A stretch of DNA of 64,000 bases, from NCBI GenBank assembly GCA_015233405.1, contig JADFXT010000002.1, forward strand, positions 68,451 to 132,450, in the 5' to 3' direction. This document shows positions 19,599 through 28,121 of the stretch, piece after piece; positions within the stretch are counted from its first letter, which is position 1, and every line of letters starts with the position of its first letter. The translations under genes were made by a program, and so were the position numbers. The notes under the pieces are model-generated. The model worked only from the letters and a program-made list of their open reading frames with translations, was not told where the DNA came from and did not search any database. Source of the stretch: Candidatus Omnitrophota bacterium (GTDB lineage Bacteria; Omnitrophota; Gorgyraeia; Zapsychrales; Zapsychraceae).

Positions 19599-19917
19599 AG
19601 TTATGGGTATGCGATAGGGAAATCAAGACCTTATGTTTGAAATTTTTTTTATTGATGAGGCAATAAGGTTTACCATTTTTGTCATTGAGGATCTTGATAT
19701 TTTTCCAGCTGATATCGGTGGTGTCTTTCAAGGCTTTATAAACGGCTTCTTTGGCGGCGAACCTGACGGCATAATGCTGTATAGGGTTCTTATTTTTTTT
19801 GGCGTAGGCAATTTCTTCTTTTAAAAAGATATGCTTTAAAAAGTCGTCGCCCCAACGATCAATGGCTTTCTTAATGCGGCTGAGCTCGATAATATCAATC
19901 CCGATTCCGATGATCAT
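19567..19917 (-). CDS. acpS: holo-[acyl-carrier-protein] synthase
   Basis: MIIGIGIDIIELSRI...FAAKEAVYKAL...ISLSH is the classic AcpS pattern. The adjacency to pdxJ is conserved, as in E. coli. Confidence 0.85.
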   Translation of the reverse strand: MIIGIGIDIIELSRIKKAIDRWGDDFLKHIFLKEEIAYAKKNKNPIQHYAVRFAAKEAVYKALKDTTDISWKNIKILNDKNGKPYCLINKKNFKHKVLISLSHTHNYAVANAIVTK

Positions 19918-20636
19918 GCGTTTCCTTTAATGACTTCTATCATTTCCTTGACGGCTTGGGGTAATCCGACGAATACCGCTCGGGAGATAATCGAGTGCCC
20001 AATATTGAGTTCATTCATCCCGGAGATCTTGGCGACAGCTTTTGTGTTATTGTATTTAAGCCCGTGCCCGGCATTGACGATAAATCCTAAGTCTAAGGCA
20101 TATTTTGTCATGTCTTTGATTTTATTGAGTTCAGCGGCCAGAGATTGTTTTGTTTTGGCGTTGGCATAACTTCCCGTATGGATCTCAATCACTTGTGCGC
20201 CAGTGTCTTTGGCTTTCTGGATCTGTTTTTTGACCGGATCGATAAACAGGCTGACCACAATGCCGCTTGCCTGTAGAGTCTCGACGGATTGCTTGATCTT
20301 GGAAAATTGGCCGATAATATCCAGCCCTCCTTCGGTCGTGATCTCTTCGCGTTTTTCCGGGACAAGCGTCGATTGATTGGGTTTTATTTGGCAGGCGATC
20401 TTAACAATATCGCTTTGAATCGACATTTCCAGATTGAAGCGTGTCTTAATTGATTTCTTAAGACGGAAAACATCCTCGTCATTGATATGACGTCGATCTT
20501 CTCTTAAGTGGGCGACAATGCTGTCTGCCCCGGCGTCTATGCAGATCTGGGCGGCTTTGATCGGGTCGGGATCAAATTCCCGCCGGGCTTGCCGCAAGGT
20601 CGCCACATGGTCGATATTAACACCGAGCTTGATCAT
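19914..20636 (-). CDS. pdxJ: pyridoxine 5'-phosphate synthase
   Basis: LGVNIDHVATLRQAR and HLREDRRHI match the family. I moved the start to the internal ATG at 20636 (MIKLGVNIDH), which has a GGAGA upstream and matches the family N-terminus. The ORF track starts at 20666. Confidence 0.9.
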   Translation of the reverse strand: MIKLGVNIDHVATLRQARREFDPDPIKAAQICIDAGADSIVAHLREDRRHINDEDVFRLKKSIKTRFNLEMSIQSDIVKIACQIKPNQSTLVPEKREEITTEGGLDIIGQFSKIKQSVETLQASGIVVSLFIDPVKKQIQKAKDTGAQVIEIHTGSYANAKTKQSLAAELNKIKDMTKYALDLGFIVNAGHGLKYNNTKAVAKISGMNELNIGHSIISRAVFVGLPQAVKEMIEVIKGNA

Positions 20637-20727
20637 CGAAATTTCTCCATGTTGACAAAGACCCATGTGATGACGGCTAAGAATAAAGCGACCAATTTCA
20701 ACGTTAAATTATGTGTGAGGATTTTCT

Positions 20728-21504
20728 TCATAATGTTTTCTTCTCTTTGGATTCGACCATGAGGATGTCTTTTAGGATCCTGACTAATCGTTCACGATTG
20801 ACAATAGGGATAAAACGCCCGTCGCAGGCAACAGAAATTTCCCCTGTTTCTTCAGAGACAATAATGACCACTGTGTCGGTTTGTTCCGTGATTCCTAAAG
20901 CAGCTCGGTGGCGCGTGCCGATAATTTTACTGAAATTCGGATTGTCGGACAGTGGAAATAAACACGATGCCGCAACGATTTGGTCTTCCCGTAAGATGAT
21001 CCCTCCGTCGTGCAAAGGGCTTTGGGGCGTAAAAATGCTTTGAATCAGCTCCGAGGAAACTTTCGCGCGAATGGCAACGCCGCTTTCAATATATGTTTTG
21101 AGCTTTGTCTCTCGTTCTAGTGCCATCAGACAACCGACTTTTTTTCTCGATAGTTTGAACGCTGCCGAGGTTAATTCCTCAATCACTTCGAGCATGGTTG
21201 ATTCCTCAAGCCCGAAGGAAAAAATATGGTGACGCCCCAGATGCGCCAATCCTTGACGGATCTCTTGCTGGAACACGATCATAAAAACGACAATGGAAAG
21301 CGCAAAAAATTTTGTCAAAAGCCAGTTAAGCGTGTTGAATCCTAAAAGCTGAAAAATAATAAACGCCAAAAGAAGATAGGCAATTCCGCGGAAAACTTGA
21401 AACGCCCGCGTGCCTTCAAAAAAAACAAGAACGCGATAATACGCGAACCATAAGATCGCGATTTCTAAGAAAGGTTTAATATGTCCCCACATTGCAAGTG
21501 TCAT
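20728..21504 (-). CDS. cdaA: diadenylate cyclase (membrane-anchored, CdaA type)
   Basis: Three N-terminal TM helices precede a DAC domain with LHDGGIILR and GTRHRAALGITE. Confidence 0.85.
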   Translation of the reverse strand: MTLAMWGHIKPFLEIAILWFAYYRVLVFFEGTRAFQVFRGIAYLLLAFIIFQLLGFNTLNWLLTKFFALSIVVFMIVFQQEIRQGLAHLGRHHIFSFGLEESTMLEVIEELTSAAFKLSRKKVGCLMALERETKLKTYIESGVAIRAKVSSELIQSIFTPQSPLHDGGIILREDQIVAASCLFPLSDNPNFSKIIGTRHRAALGITEQTDTVVIIVSEETGEISVACDGRFIPIVNRERLVRILKDILMVESKEKKTL

Positions 21505-22394
21505 AATGTTGTCAGAAATCTCCCCTCATTGATAATGGCATCTGTTACTGTAATAGCTTCTTTGAGCGCCGCGACATCGTGGATCCGGACGAGATGTGCT
21601 CCGTTTATGATGCCGGCACAGACGCTGGCGATGGTGCCTATCAGCCGGTCCGAGGTGTCTTTGTTTAAAATTTTCCCAATAAAAGCCTTTCGGGACGTGC
21701 CAATTAATAGAGGCTGATGTAATATTTTAAAAGCTTGTAGACGATTAAGGATTTCCAGATTGTGTTCTACGGTCTTTCCGAATCCTATTCCTGGATCGAT
21801 GATTATTCTATCTTTTTTTATTCCTATTTCCAAGCACTTTTCCAGAGATTTCTGCAAAGTTTCGACGATTTCCTGGACGCAATTCTTGTAGAAAATGTTT
21901 TTTTGCATGGTGCGTGGAGTCCCTTTGATATGCATTAAAACAATCGTGGCATCATAATTCTTGACCATCTTTAGCAGCTTGGTTTGAGGGTTCGTTCCCA
22001 TAATGTTGTTGACGATTGTTGCCCCGGCCTCCAATGCCTTTTGTGCGACTTGGGGTTTATACGTATCTATGGAAATAGGGATCTTAATTTTTTTTGCCAA
22101 GCAAGAAATCGTAGGGATCACCCGGGCAATTTCTTCGTTAGCTGAAATTTGTTTGGCGCCGGGTCGGGTGGATTCTCCGCCGATATCGAGGATGTCTGCC
22201 CCGTCCTGGATAAGTTTATGCGCCTGGCGAACCGCGCGGTCATGAAGATCCCGGTTATTTTTTAGAAGACCGTCGCCGCTAAAGGAATCCGGCGTAAGGT
22301 TCAGGATCCCCATGATCTTTGTTTGTGCCCCAAGTTGTAACTGATAACCTCCCGCATGAAGCGTGTAGGCTTTTCGTGGCACAGAGTTTGGCAT
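21501..22394 (-). CDS. folP: dihydropteroate synthase
   Basis: Carries IMGILNLTPDSFSGDG, DIGGESTRPGA and GTSRKAF. Confidence 0.9.
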   Translation of the reverse strand: MPNSVPRKAYTLHAGGYQLQLGAQTKIMGILNLTPDSFSGDGLLKNNRDLHDRAVRQAHKLIQDGADILDIGGESTRPGAKQISANEEIARVIPTISCLAKKIKIPISIDTYKPQVAQKALEAGATIVNNIMGTNPQTKLLKMVKNYDATIVLMHIKGTPRTMQKNIFYKNCVQEIVETLQKSLEKCLEIGIKKDRIIIDPGIGFGKTVEHNLEILNRLQAFKILHQPLLIGTSRKAFIGKILNKDTSDRLIGTIASVCAGIINGAHLVRIHDVAALKEAITVTDAIINEGRFLTTL

Positions 22395-22397
22395 AGT

Positions 22398-24338
22398 CTA
22401 TTTTATTTCGGGTTCTGGTACAGGTTTTTCTTCCGCCATGCCAAGAAGGATTTTTGCCTCGTCGATATCAATGACTTCTTTTTCAACAAGCCGTTGGGCG
22501 ATTTTATCGAGTTTGTCCTGATTTTCTGTCAGGAGTTTTTTCGCCCGCTGGTAAGATTCTTCGACGAGACTTCGGACCTCTTCATCGATCTTTTTAGCTG
22601 TGGCGTCACTATATTCTTTATGTTCCATTAAATCGCGGCCTAAAAATCGTAATTGATCGCTAGCTCCGTAACTTAATGGCCCTAAGTCTTTGCTCATCCC
22701 GTAAACGCACACCATGTGACGGGCAATATTCGTGACTTTTTCGAGGTCGTTCGAAACACCGGTGGACGTATCTCCGACATGAATTTCTTCGGAAACCAAT
22801 CCGCCCAGCAAAACCACCATCTGGCCTAAGAGTTCCGTTCGGTTAAGGTAATGTTTATCTTCCGTCGGAGGAGTCAGGGTATAACCGCCAGCCATTCCTC
22901 GCGGGATAATGGAAACTTTGGTGAATGTGTCGACCTCCGTCAGTAATAACGATAATAGCGCATGGCCGGCTTCGTGATAGGCCGTCATCTCTTTTTCTTT
23001 TTTGGAAATGGTCCGGCTCTTTTTTTCCGGCCCCATGGTCACGCGTTCGATCGCTTTGTAAAAGTCTTCCTGTTCAATGGCCTGTTTATTATTACGGGCC
23101 GCCAAAAGAGCGGCTTCATTACAGACATTCGCTAAATCCGCGCCGGAAAAATAAACGGTTTGCTGGGCAATCTTGGAAAGATTGACGTTCTCGGCGAGTT
23201 TAAGGGTTTGGGTATGGACTTTTAAGATGCCTTCGCGGCCATTAATATCCGGAAGCCCGACGACAACTTGGCGGTCAAACCGGCCCGGCCTTAATAATGC
23301 TGGGTCGAGTGTGTCTGGCCTGTTGGTCGCGGCAATAAGAATGAGTCCGGCCTGGGTCGTGAATCCGTCCATCTCTACAAGAAGCGCGTTTAAGGTCTGC
23401 TCCCTTTCATCGTTGCCTCCGCCTATTCCGGCAAATCGAAGCCTGCCGACCGCATCGATTTCATCGATAAAAATGATAGCACCTTTTCCCGAGGTTTTGG
23501 AAGCCCGTCGTCCTTTTTCAAATAAGTCGCGCACACGGGAAGCTCCGACCCCGACGAACATCTCAACGAAGTCCGAACCGCTTAACGAGAAAAACGGGAC
23601 ATCTGCTTCTCCGGCCACGGCCTTGGCCAGAAGGGTTTTTCCTGTTCCGGGTGGGCCTATGAGGAGAACGCCTTTAGGGATTTTTCCGCCTAAACGTTCA
23701 AATTTTTTCGGGTCTTTAAGGAATTCAATGACTTCCTGAAGCTCTTCTTTCGCTTCATCGACGCCGGCGACATCTTTGAAGGTGACTTTATTGTCTTTGG
23801 TCTGGGATTGGGTCCGCGCTTTGCCGAAGGACCAAATTTTGTTTCCCATTTGAGCGCCTCGGTGAGACACAAACCAAATGAATGCCAAAATCAAAAGGAT
23901 CGGCATAAACGAGAAAAACACCTGACTCCAGAACGTCTGCGCCGGAGCTACGGAAAAGTTGGGAACATTGTCCCGGATGACCTCAAAGATCTTTTCATCT
24001 TTCGTCGGAATATTGAGGGTAAACTCCGAGCCGTCTTTGAGTTTTCCTTTTAACGTGTTTTCCGTGCTCTCGGTCAATTCCAGGCTCTGGATGTCTTTCG
24101 TCTCTTTATTCTTCAGCAGCATAGAATAAAATTCGCTGTAGGTTAATTTCTTAGGCGGGTTGATGTTTGTTGTCAGCGAGTCATTTCGGCTCATCAAAAT
24201 TAAGAGAATAAATCCTAAAAGGATCCAAAAGAACCAGTTGCCGTTCTTCTTTTTGTTGTTATTGGACGGCCCCTCTTTCTCTGATTTTCTTAAATCTGGT
24301 TCTTCAGGTGATGAATCTTGAAAATTTTCGTCTTCCAT
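22398..24338 (-). CDS. ftsH: ATP-dependent zinc metalloprotease FtsH
   Basis: Walker A is GPPGTGKT, Walker B is IIFIDEIDA, and the SRH and HEAGHA zinc motifs are present. Two N-terminal TM segments. Confidence 0.95.
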   Translation of the reverse strand: MEDENFQDSSPEEPDLRKSEKEGPSNNNKKKNGNWFFWILLGFILLILMSRNDSLTTNINPPKKLTYSEFYSMLLKNKETKDIQSLELTESTENTLKGKLKDGSEFTLNIPTKDEKIFEVIRDNVPNFSVAPAQTFWSQVFFSFMPILLILAFIWFVSHRGAQMGNKIWSFGKARTQSQTKDNKVTFKDVAGVDEAKEELQEVIEFLKDPKKFERLGGKIPKGVLLIGPPGTGKTLLAKAVAGEADVPFFSLSGSDFVEMFVGVGASRVRDLFEKGRRASKTSGKGAIIFIDEIDAVGRLRFAGIGGGNDEREQTLNALLVEMDGFTTQAGLILIAATNRPDTLDPALLRPGRFDRQVVVGLPDINGREGILKVHTQTLKLAENVNLSKIAQQTVYFSGADLANVCNEAALLAARNNKQAIEQEDFYKAIERVTMGPEKKSRTISKKEKEMTAYHEAGHALLSLLLTEVDTFTKVSIIPRGMAGGYTLTPPTEDKHYLNRTELLGQMVVLLGGLVSEEIHVGDTSTGVSNDLEKVTNIARHMVCVYGMSKDLGPLSYGASDQLRFLGRDLMEHKEYSDATAKKIDEEVRSLVEESYQRAKKLLTENQDKLDKIAQRLVEKEVIDIDEAKILLGMAEEKPVPEPEIK

Positions 24339-24441
24339 TTTTGCTCCAATACTAAAAGTAAAAATATTAATAAAAATTTATTTCTTTAGCTTATAGATTA
24401 TAGCTAAAGTCTTGATTAATTCAACATCAAAATCATTGTGG

Positions 24442-25416
24442 TTATTTTGAGATGATGAGGCTGGTTGAAGTTTTCTGGACCTTTATTCCGCCGGGAAGAT
24501 GGACAATGGATTTGACAGGCCGGTTGTCCAAAAGATCGCTGATTTCATCGAGATGGGTTAAGGCCATACGGTTGGTGTTCCCTTTTAAATGAGCAATGGC
24601 TTTGCGAATGACCATGCGCTCAATTGCCTCGGGACACTTCTTTAATTTCTTGATGTCGAGTTGAAGGGAATTTTTTGCGGACGGGTTCTTTACAAGATTT
24701 TGAAAAAAAGCATCAGCCTGCTTGTCGAGATATTCGTAATCTGTAGAAATATTTCTTCCGAGATTGACAAGGAGTTCTTTGATGTTCGGACTATATTCTT
24801 TTTCTAAAAGCGGCAGAAGCTTCAGTCGGATTTTATTACGGAAAAAGTCTGGTTGTTTGTTCGTCGGGTCAATACGAAAAGGAATATTATTTTCCTTCAA
24901 AAAAGATTCAATCTCAAAGCGGCTTGTCTCTAGTAGCGGCCGGATGAACGTGTAGCCATAAAGTGTTTTCTTAGAGAGGATTCCTTGCAGCCCTTGAAGG
25001 CCAGCGCCGCGCAATATTCTCATAAGGATCGTTTCCGCCAGGTCATCCTTGTGATGCGCCAGGACAATGGCATCTGCATTGACTTTTTGGGCTGTTTCGG
25101 TAAGGAATTTAAATCTCTCTTTTCTGGCCAAGTCTTCAACGGATTTTGGATTTTTCCATGATTTGGTATGAAAAGGTAACCCGAATTTTTTAGCCAAAGA
25201 CTCGACAAATACCTGATCTTTGTTGGCCCCTCGTCTTAGCTGATGATTAAAGTGCGCGACGTGGATCTGGATCCCCAGTTCATGCTGAAGCGCCTGTAAG
25301 AGATAAAGCAGCGTCACCGAATCCGCTCCGCCGGAAACCCCGACCACAAGGACATCTCCGCGGTTAACCAGTTTTTTTCTGATGAGACGCTTTTTTGTCT
25401 TCTCAATGAGAGTCAT
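24442..25416 (-). CDS. tilS: tRNA(Ile)-lysidine synthase
   Basis: VGVSGGADS PP-loop. The tilS-ftsH neighbourhood is conserved. Confidence 0.85.
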   Translation of the reverse strand: MTLIEKTKKRLIRKKLVNRGDVLVVGVSGGADSVTLLYLLQALQHELGIQIHVAHFNHQLRRGANKDQVFVESLAKKFGLPFHTKSWKNPKSVEDLARKERFKFLTETAQKVNADAIVLAHHKDDLAETILMRILRGAGLQGLQGILSKKTLYGYTFIRPLLETSRFEIESFLKENNIPFRIDPTNKQPDFFRNKIRLKLLPLLEKEYSPNIKELLVNLGRNISTDYEYLDKQADAFFQNLVKNPSAKNSLQLDIKKLKKCPEAIERMVIRKAIAHLKGNTNRMALTHLDEISDLLDNRPVKSIVHLPGGIKVQKTSTSLIISK

Positions 25417-25428
25417 GAAGTCCTCTGA

Positions 25429-25983
25429 TTAATCGTTCTGAAGTCCGCGCAATTCTTTCTTGGCTTCTTTATAGGCGTCGCGAAGTTGGTCTGCATATTT
25501 TAGATTAAGCGGATTAAGATGCAGAAATGCAAACCCCTGCCGGAGGATTTCTGCGTTAGCGAACAGATTGTTTTCAGTAAGAAAGACATAGGCCTGTTTC
25601 GTCCCGTCTTCATTTCTTATTTCGGTGTCAAACTCAAGACGGGCCGTCTTACCTTCTAAAAGTTTTTTGGCATAATCGAAGGATTGTTCTTCCACGGAGG
25701 TTTCAGGAGAAACCGTTGGCTCAATCACGATACCGTTCGCATCTCGCTCGACGGGTAGGCTTCTGGGTGGTTCTGGTGCCTTTAATCCGATGAGCTTGAT
25801 TCTTTCTTCAGCCCCGTCGCTGTTTGTGATCAGGATTTTATCGGCGCTTAAAACACGGCTAATGGTGACATGGGCATATTTGTCTTTGTTCGTATTTCCC
25901 AATAAGAGCTCAAAATTATTTTGCGCCCAGGCATACGTTGTCAAAAAAGTCATGAAAAAAAAGAGTTTGATCAGATGTTTCAT
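25429..25983 (-). CDS. secreted thermonuclease (SNase)-fold protein with substituted catalytic residues
   Basis: Has a signal peptide (MKHLIKLFFFMTFLTTYAWA). IKLIGLKAPE aligns to the SNase block FRLLLVDTPE, QAYVF to LAYIY, and EILRQGFA to ALVRQGLA. Confidence 0.5.
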   Translation of the reverse strand: MKHLIKLFFFMTFLTTYAWAQNNFELLLGNTNKDKYAHVTISRVLSADKILITNSDGAEERIKLIGLKAPEPPRSLPVERDANGIVIEPTVSPETSVEEQSFDYAKKLLEGKTARLEFDTEIRNEDGTKQAYVFLTENNLFANAEILRQGFAFLHLNPLNLKYADQLRDAYKEAKKELRGLQND

Positions 25984-26034
25984 TTTAGGTCCCTTCTATT
26001 TATGCGCCAGCTGGAGGGTTAAATCCGGTAGGCT

Positions 26035-26385
26035 TTATTTCCGCAAGGCGATGGTTTGAGAAAATATTTTTGCGTAAAGGTCTACAACCGGCCAAACTGT
26101 ATACGAAGCAGCAGATTTCATAAAATCCGCAACTGGCATATGTCCTATGACAACGAGTTTGATGATGTTGTAAACAGAAAGAACAACGACCGGCGTAACG
26201 AATAATAGGCCTAAACTTGCCCAGAGAAATTGAACGGTATTTTCCCGAAAAGTTCTTCGCACGGCTCGTCGGGAATAAGTGGAGCCCCTCATCCCCCGGC
26301 TTGCAATGAGAATCAGCGGCAGCATGATTCCGATAAAGAGTAATGCAGCGCCAATAAAAACTAAATTTTGAGGGTTGGTGTCCAT
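26035..26385 (-). CDS. small two-TM membrane protein, unknown function
   Basis: 116-aa ORF with two clear hydrophobic helices and a basic loop (RRAVRRTFR). Confidence 0.45.
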   Translation of the reverse strand: MDTNPQNLVFIGAALLFIGIMLPLILIASRGMRGSTYSRRAVRRTFRENTVQFLWASLGLLFVTPVVVLSVYNIIKLVVIGHMPVADFMKSAASYTVWPVVDLYAKIFSQTIALRK

Positions 26386-26519
26386 TTAAAAATCTTTCTT
26401 AAAGGATATTTTAATGTCCTCGAGGAAAGAATACAAGATGAAAATTAGGAATACTATAAGCGTTTTATCCGTGAACCAGAAGGCCAAAGACTTCAGCCCG
26501 TGGATGAATGGTTCTTGGT

Positions 26520-26708
26520 TCAGGATGTCGTTTTGCTGGCCTTGCGGATCTGTTCGTCAAGGTTTTTGACAAATACGGTCAATTTGTCCGTCTTGGTGTT
26601 TTCTAAAGGCTTATCGATCTTATCTGATCCTCGTGGCCTTAAAAATTTGGAGGAAAGGATTCGACCGGCTTTTTTATGCCAGGCGGTCAATTTGGGTTTT
26701 TTGGTCAT
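26520..26708 (-). CDS. small basic hypothetical protein
   Basis: 62 aa, Lys/Arg-rich, and co-directional with its neighbours, starting 19 nt after the TamB-like stop. The competing plus-strand ORF 26500-26814 looks like an antisense artefact. The call is weak. Confidence 0.3.
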   Translation of the reverse strand: MTKKPKLTAWHKKAGRILSSKFLRPRGSDKIDKPLENTKTDKLTVFVKNLDEQIRKASKTTS

Positions 26709-26727
26709 GGCGTTATCTCTATGGAAA

Positions 26728-28011
26728 TTAAAAGTTGTTTTTATATTTTATAAATATTTTGTCGTCGGGCAAATTAGGCTGAATTTGTTCTCCGGGCACG
26801 GGTTCTTTCTTTAATTCTTTCTCAACGCTGACGGTCACACAGTCCGTAACTTTAAGATCGCCCAGCATTTTGTATTTGATGTCTTTTGTCTTGTCCGTAT
26901 TTTTTATTTCTTCCACCTCACATCCGACATCAAGGGCATCGGACAAAGATTTCTTTATGCCCGCAGAGCGCGTGTTTTGGTCCATTTTGACCCAACCGTC
27001 TTTGATTCCCAGCTTTTGGGCCATTTTTTCGCCGGAGCCGCCGAGAAAAGCATAATCAAAGAAATCTTTGACCATGTCGGAGGAGATTTCATTTTTATTG
27101 ATCTGGCCCAAAGAATTTTCCAGAGAGTTCCAGCTTTTATTGGTCGCCAGCATCACCAATAACCGGTCTTGGGACAGCGGCGGGTCAGATGTGAGTTTTA
27201 AGATGGGATTCTTCATCGAGCCGCGCAGCGAGATATTTATTTTTGTCGTGTCAATGACGGAAGTCCCATTGACAAACAAAGATGGGCTGCTGCCGGGTTG
27301 TTCGAGGAATACGATGTTGCTTTTAGACAATGTTATTTCTGAATCCCGGGCTTTCAATAAACCTTTTTCACAATAGAGGCCGCCTTTGATCTTTAAGAAA
27401 TTCGGTTCTTTGCTGATATCGAGCGACACGCGTAAAGGCACGTCAAAGAGAGAAAAGTTCTTTGATGTGAATTTTTTAACGAGCATGGTCCCTTCCAGAT
27501 GAGGGTGCGTAACGCTCCCGCTGATTTGAAGTTGTATGCTTTCCATGGCCCCCGTCGTCTTTTCCCAAAAAGCGCTTTTTTTAGGGAACAGGTTGAGGAT
27601 ATTAGCCAGATCAAGGCTTGTGGAATACAGGTCAAGATTAAGGGTGCCGCCATAATAATTGCCTGAAAAGATGATGGGTTCTTCTTGAGACAAGATCAGC
27701 CGGGCGTTTTCTATTTTTACTTTAAACGGAGGGGTTAGTAAATTGAGGTCAAGCGTAAGGTCTTGAATGCGCAAAACATGTTTAGTGGCGATCCATTGGC
27801 TATTCTTGATCTCTACGTTTTTAAAAAAGATCCCTTTTAGAATCGTCCCGCTAATTTTCTCGACGGTGATTTGTTCGGCTTGAAATCGCTGTGTTATAAA
27901 ATAGCGGCCGAATAAGGATGCAGCGCTTTCCGTACAAAGGCCGTAATATAGGCTTGTTAATGCAAGAATTATACTTAAGAATATAAATGTTTTTAAATAA
28001 TTTTGTCTCAT
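26728..28011 (-). CDS. short TamB/AsmA-like (DUF490-like) envelope protein
   Basis: An N-terminal anchor helix is followed by a long region rich in predicted beta strands. The C-terminus, DKIFIKYKNNF, ends in an aromatic residue as in TamB-type tails. Confidence 0.4.
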   Translation of the reverse strand: MRQNYLKTFIFLSIILALTSLYYGLCTESAASLFGRYFITQRFQAEQITVEKISGTILKGIFFKNVEIKNSQWIATKHVLRIQDLTLDLNLLTPPFKVKIENARLILSQEEPIIFSGNYYGGTLNLDLYSTSLDLANILNLFPKKSAFWEKTTGAMESIQLQISGSVTHPHLEGTMLVKKFTSKNFSLFDVPLRVSLDISKEPNFLKIKGGLYCEKGLLKARDSEITLSKSNIVFLEQPGSSPSLFVNGTSVIDTTKINISLRGSMKNPILKLTSDPPLSQDRLLVMLATNKSWNSLENSLGQINKNEISSDMVKDFFDYAFLGGSGEKMAQKLGIKDGWVKMDQNTRSAGIKKSLSDALDVGCEVEEIKNTDKTKDIKYKMLGDLKVTDCVTVSVEKELKKEPVPGEQIQPNLPDDKIFIKYKNNF

Positions 28012-28121
28012 CGCAAGGGCTCCGGTTCTTTTTTGTTCAAAAATATTTTAACTGTTATCTCTTTGAAAACAAGATTAATTATTGGGAAATCTCAGAGAAT
28101 TAGGATAAAATAATTCCGCTT

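Noticed and set aside
23173-23739. 188-aa plus-strand ORF inside ftsH
   Set aside because: It is antisense to a strongly supported, full-length FtsH. Its Ser/Pro/Arg-rich composition is typical of a reverse-frame artefact. It has no RBS and no recognisable motif.
26500-26814. 104-aa plus-strand ORF in the spacer after the TamB-like gene
   Set aside because: It overlaps the 3' end of the TamB-like gene in antisense and has an odd hydrophobic, low-complexity composition. I weakly prefer the co-directional 62-aa basic ORF on the minus strand, and neither is certain.
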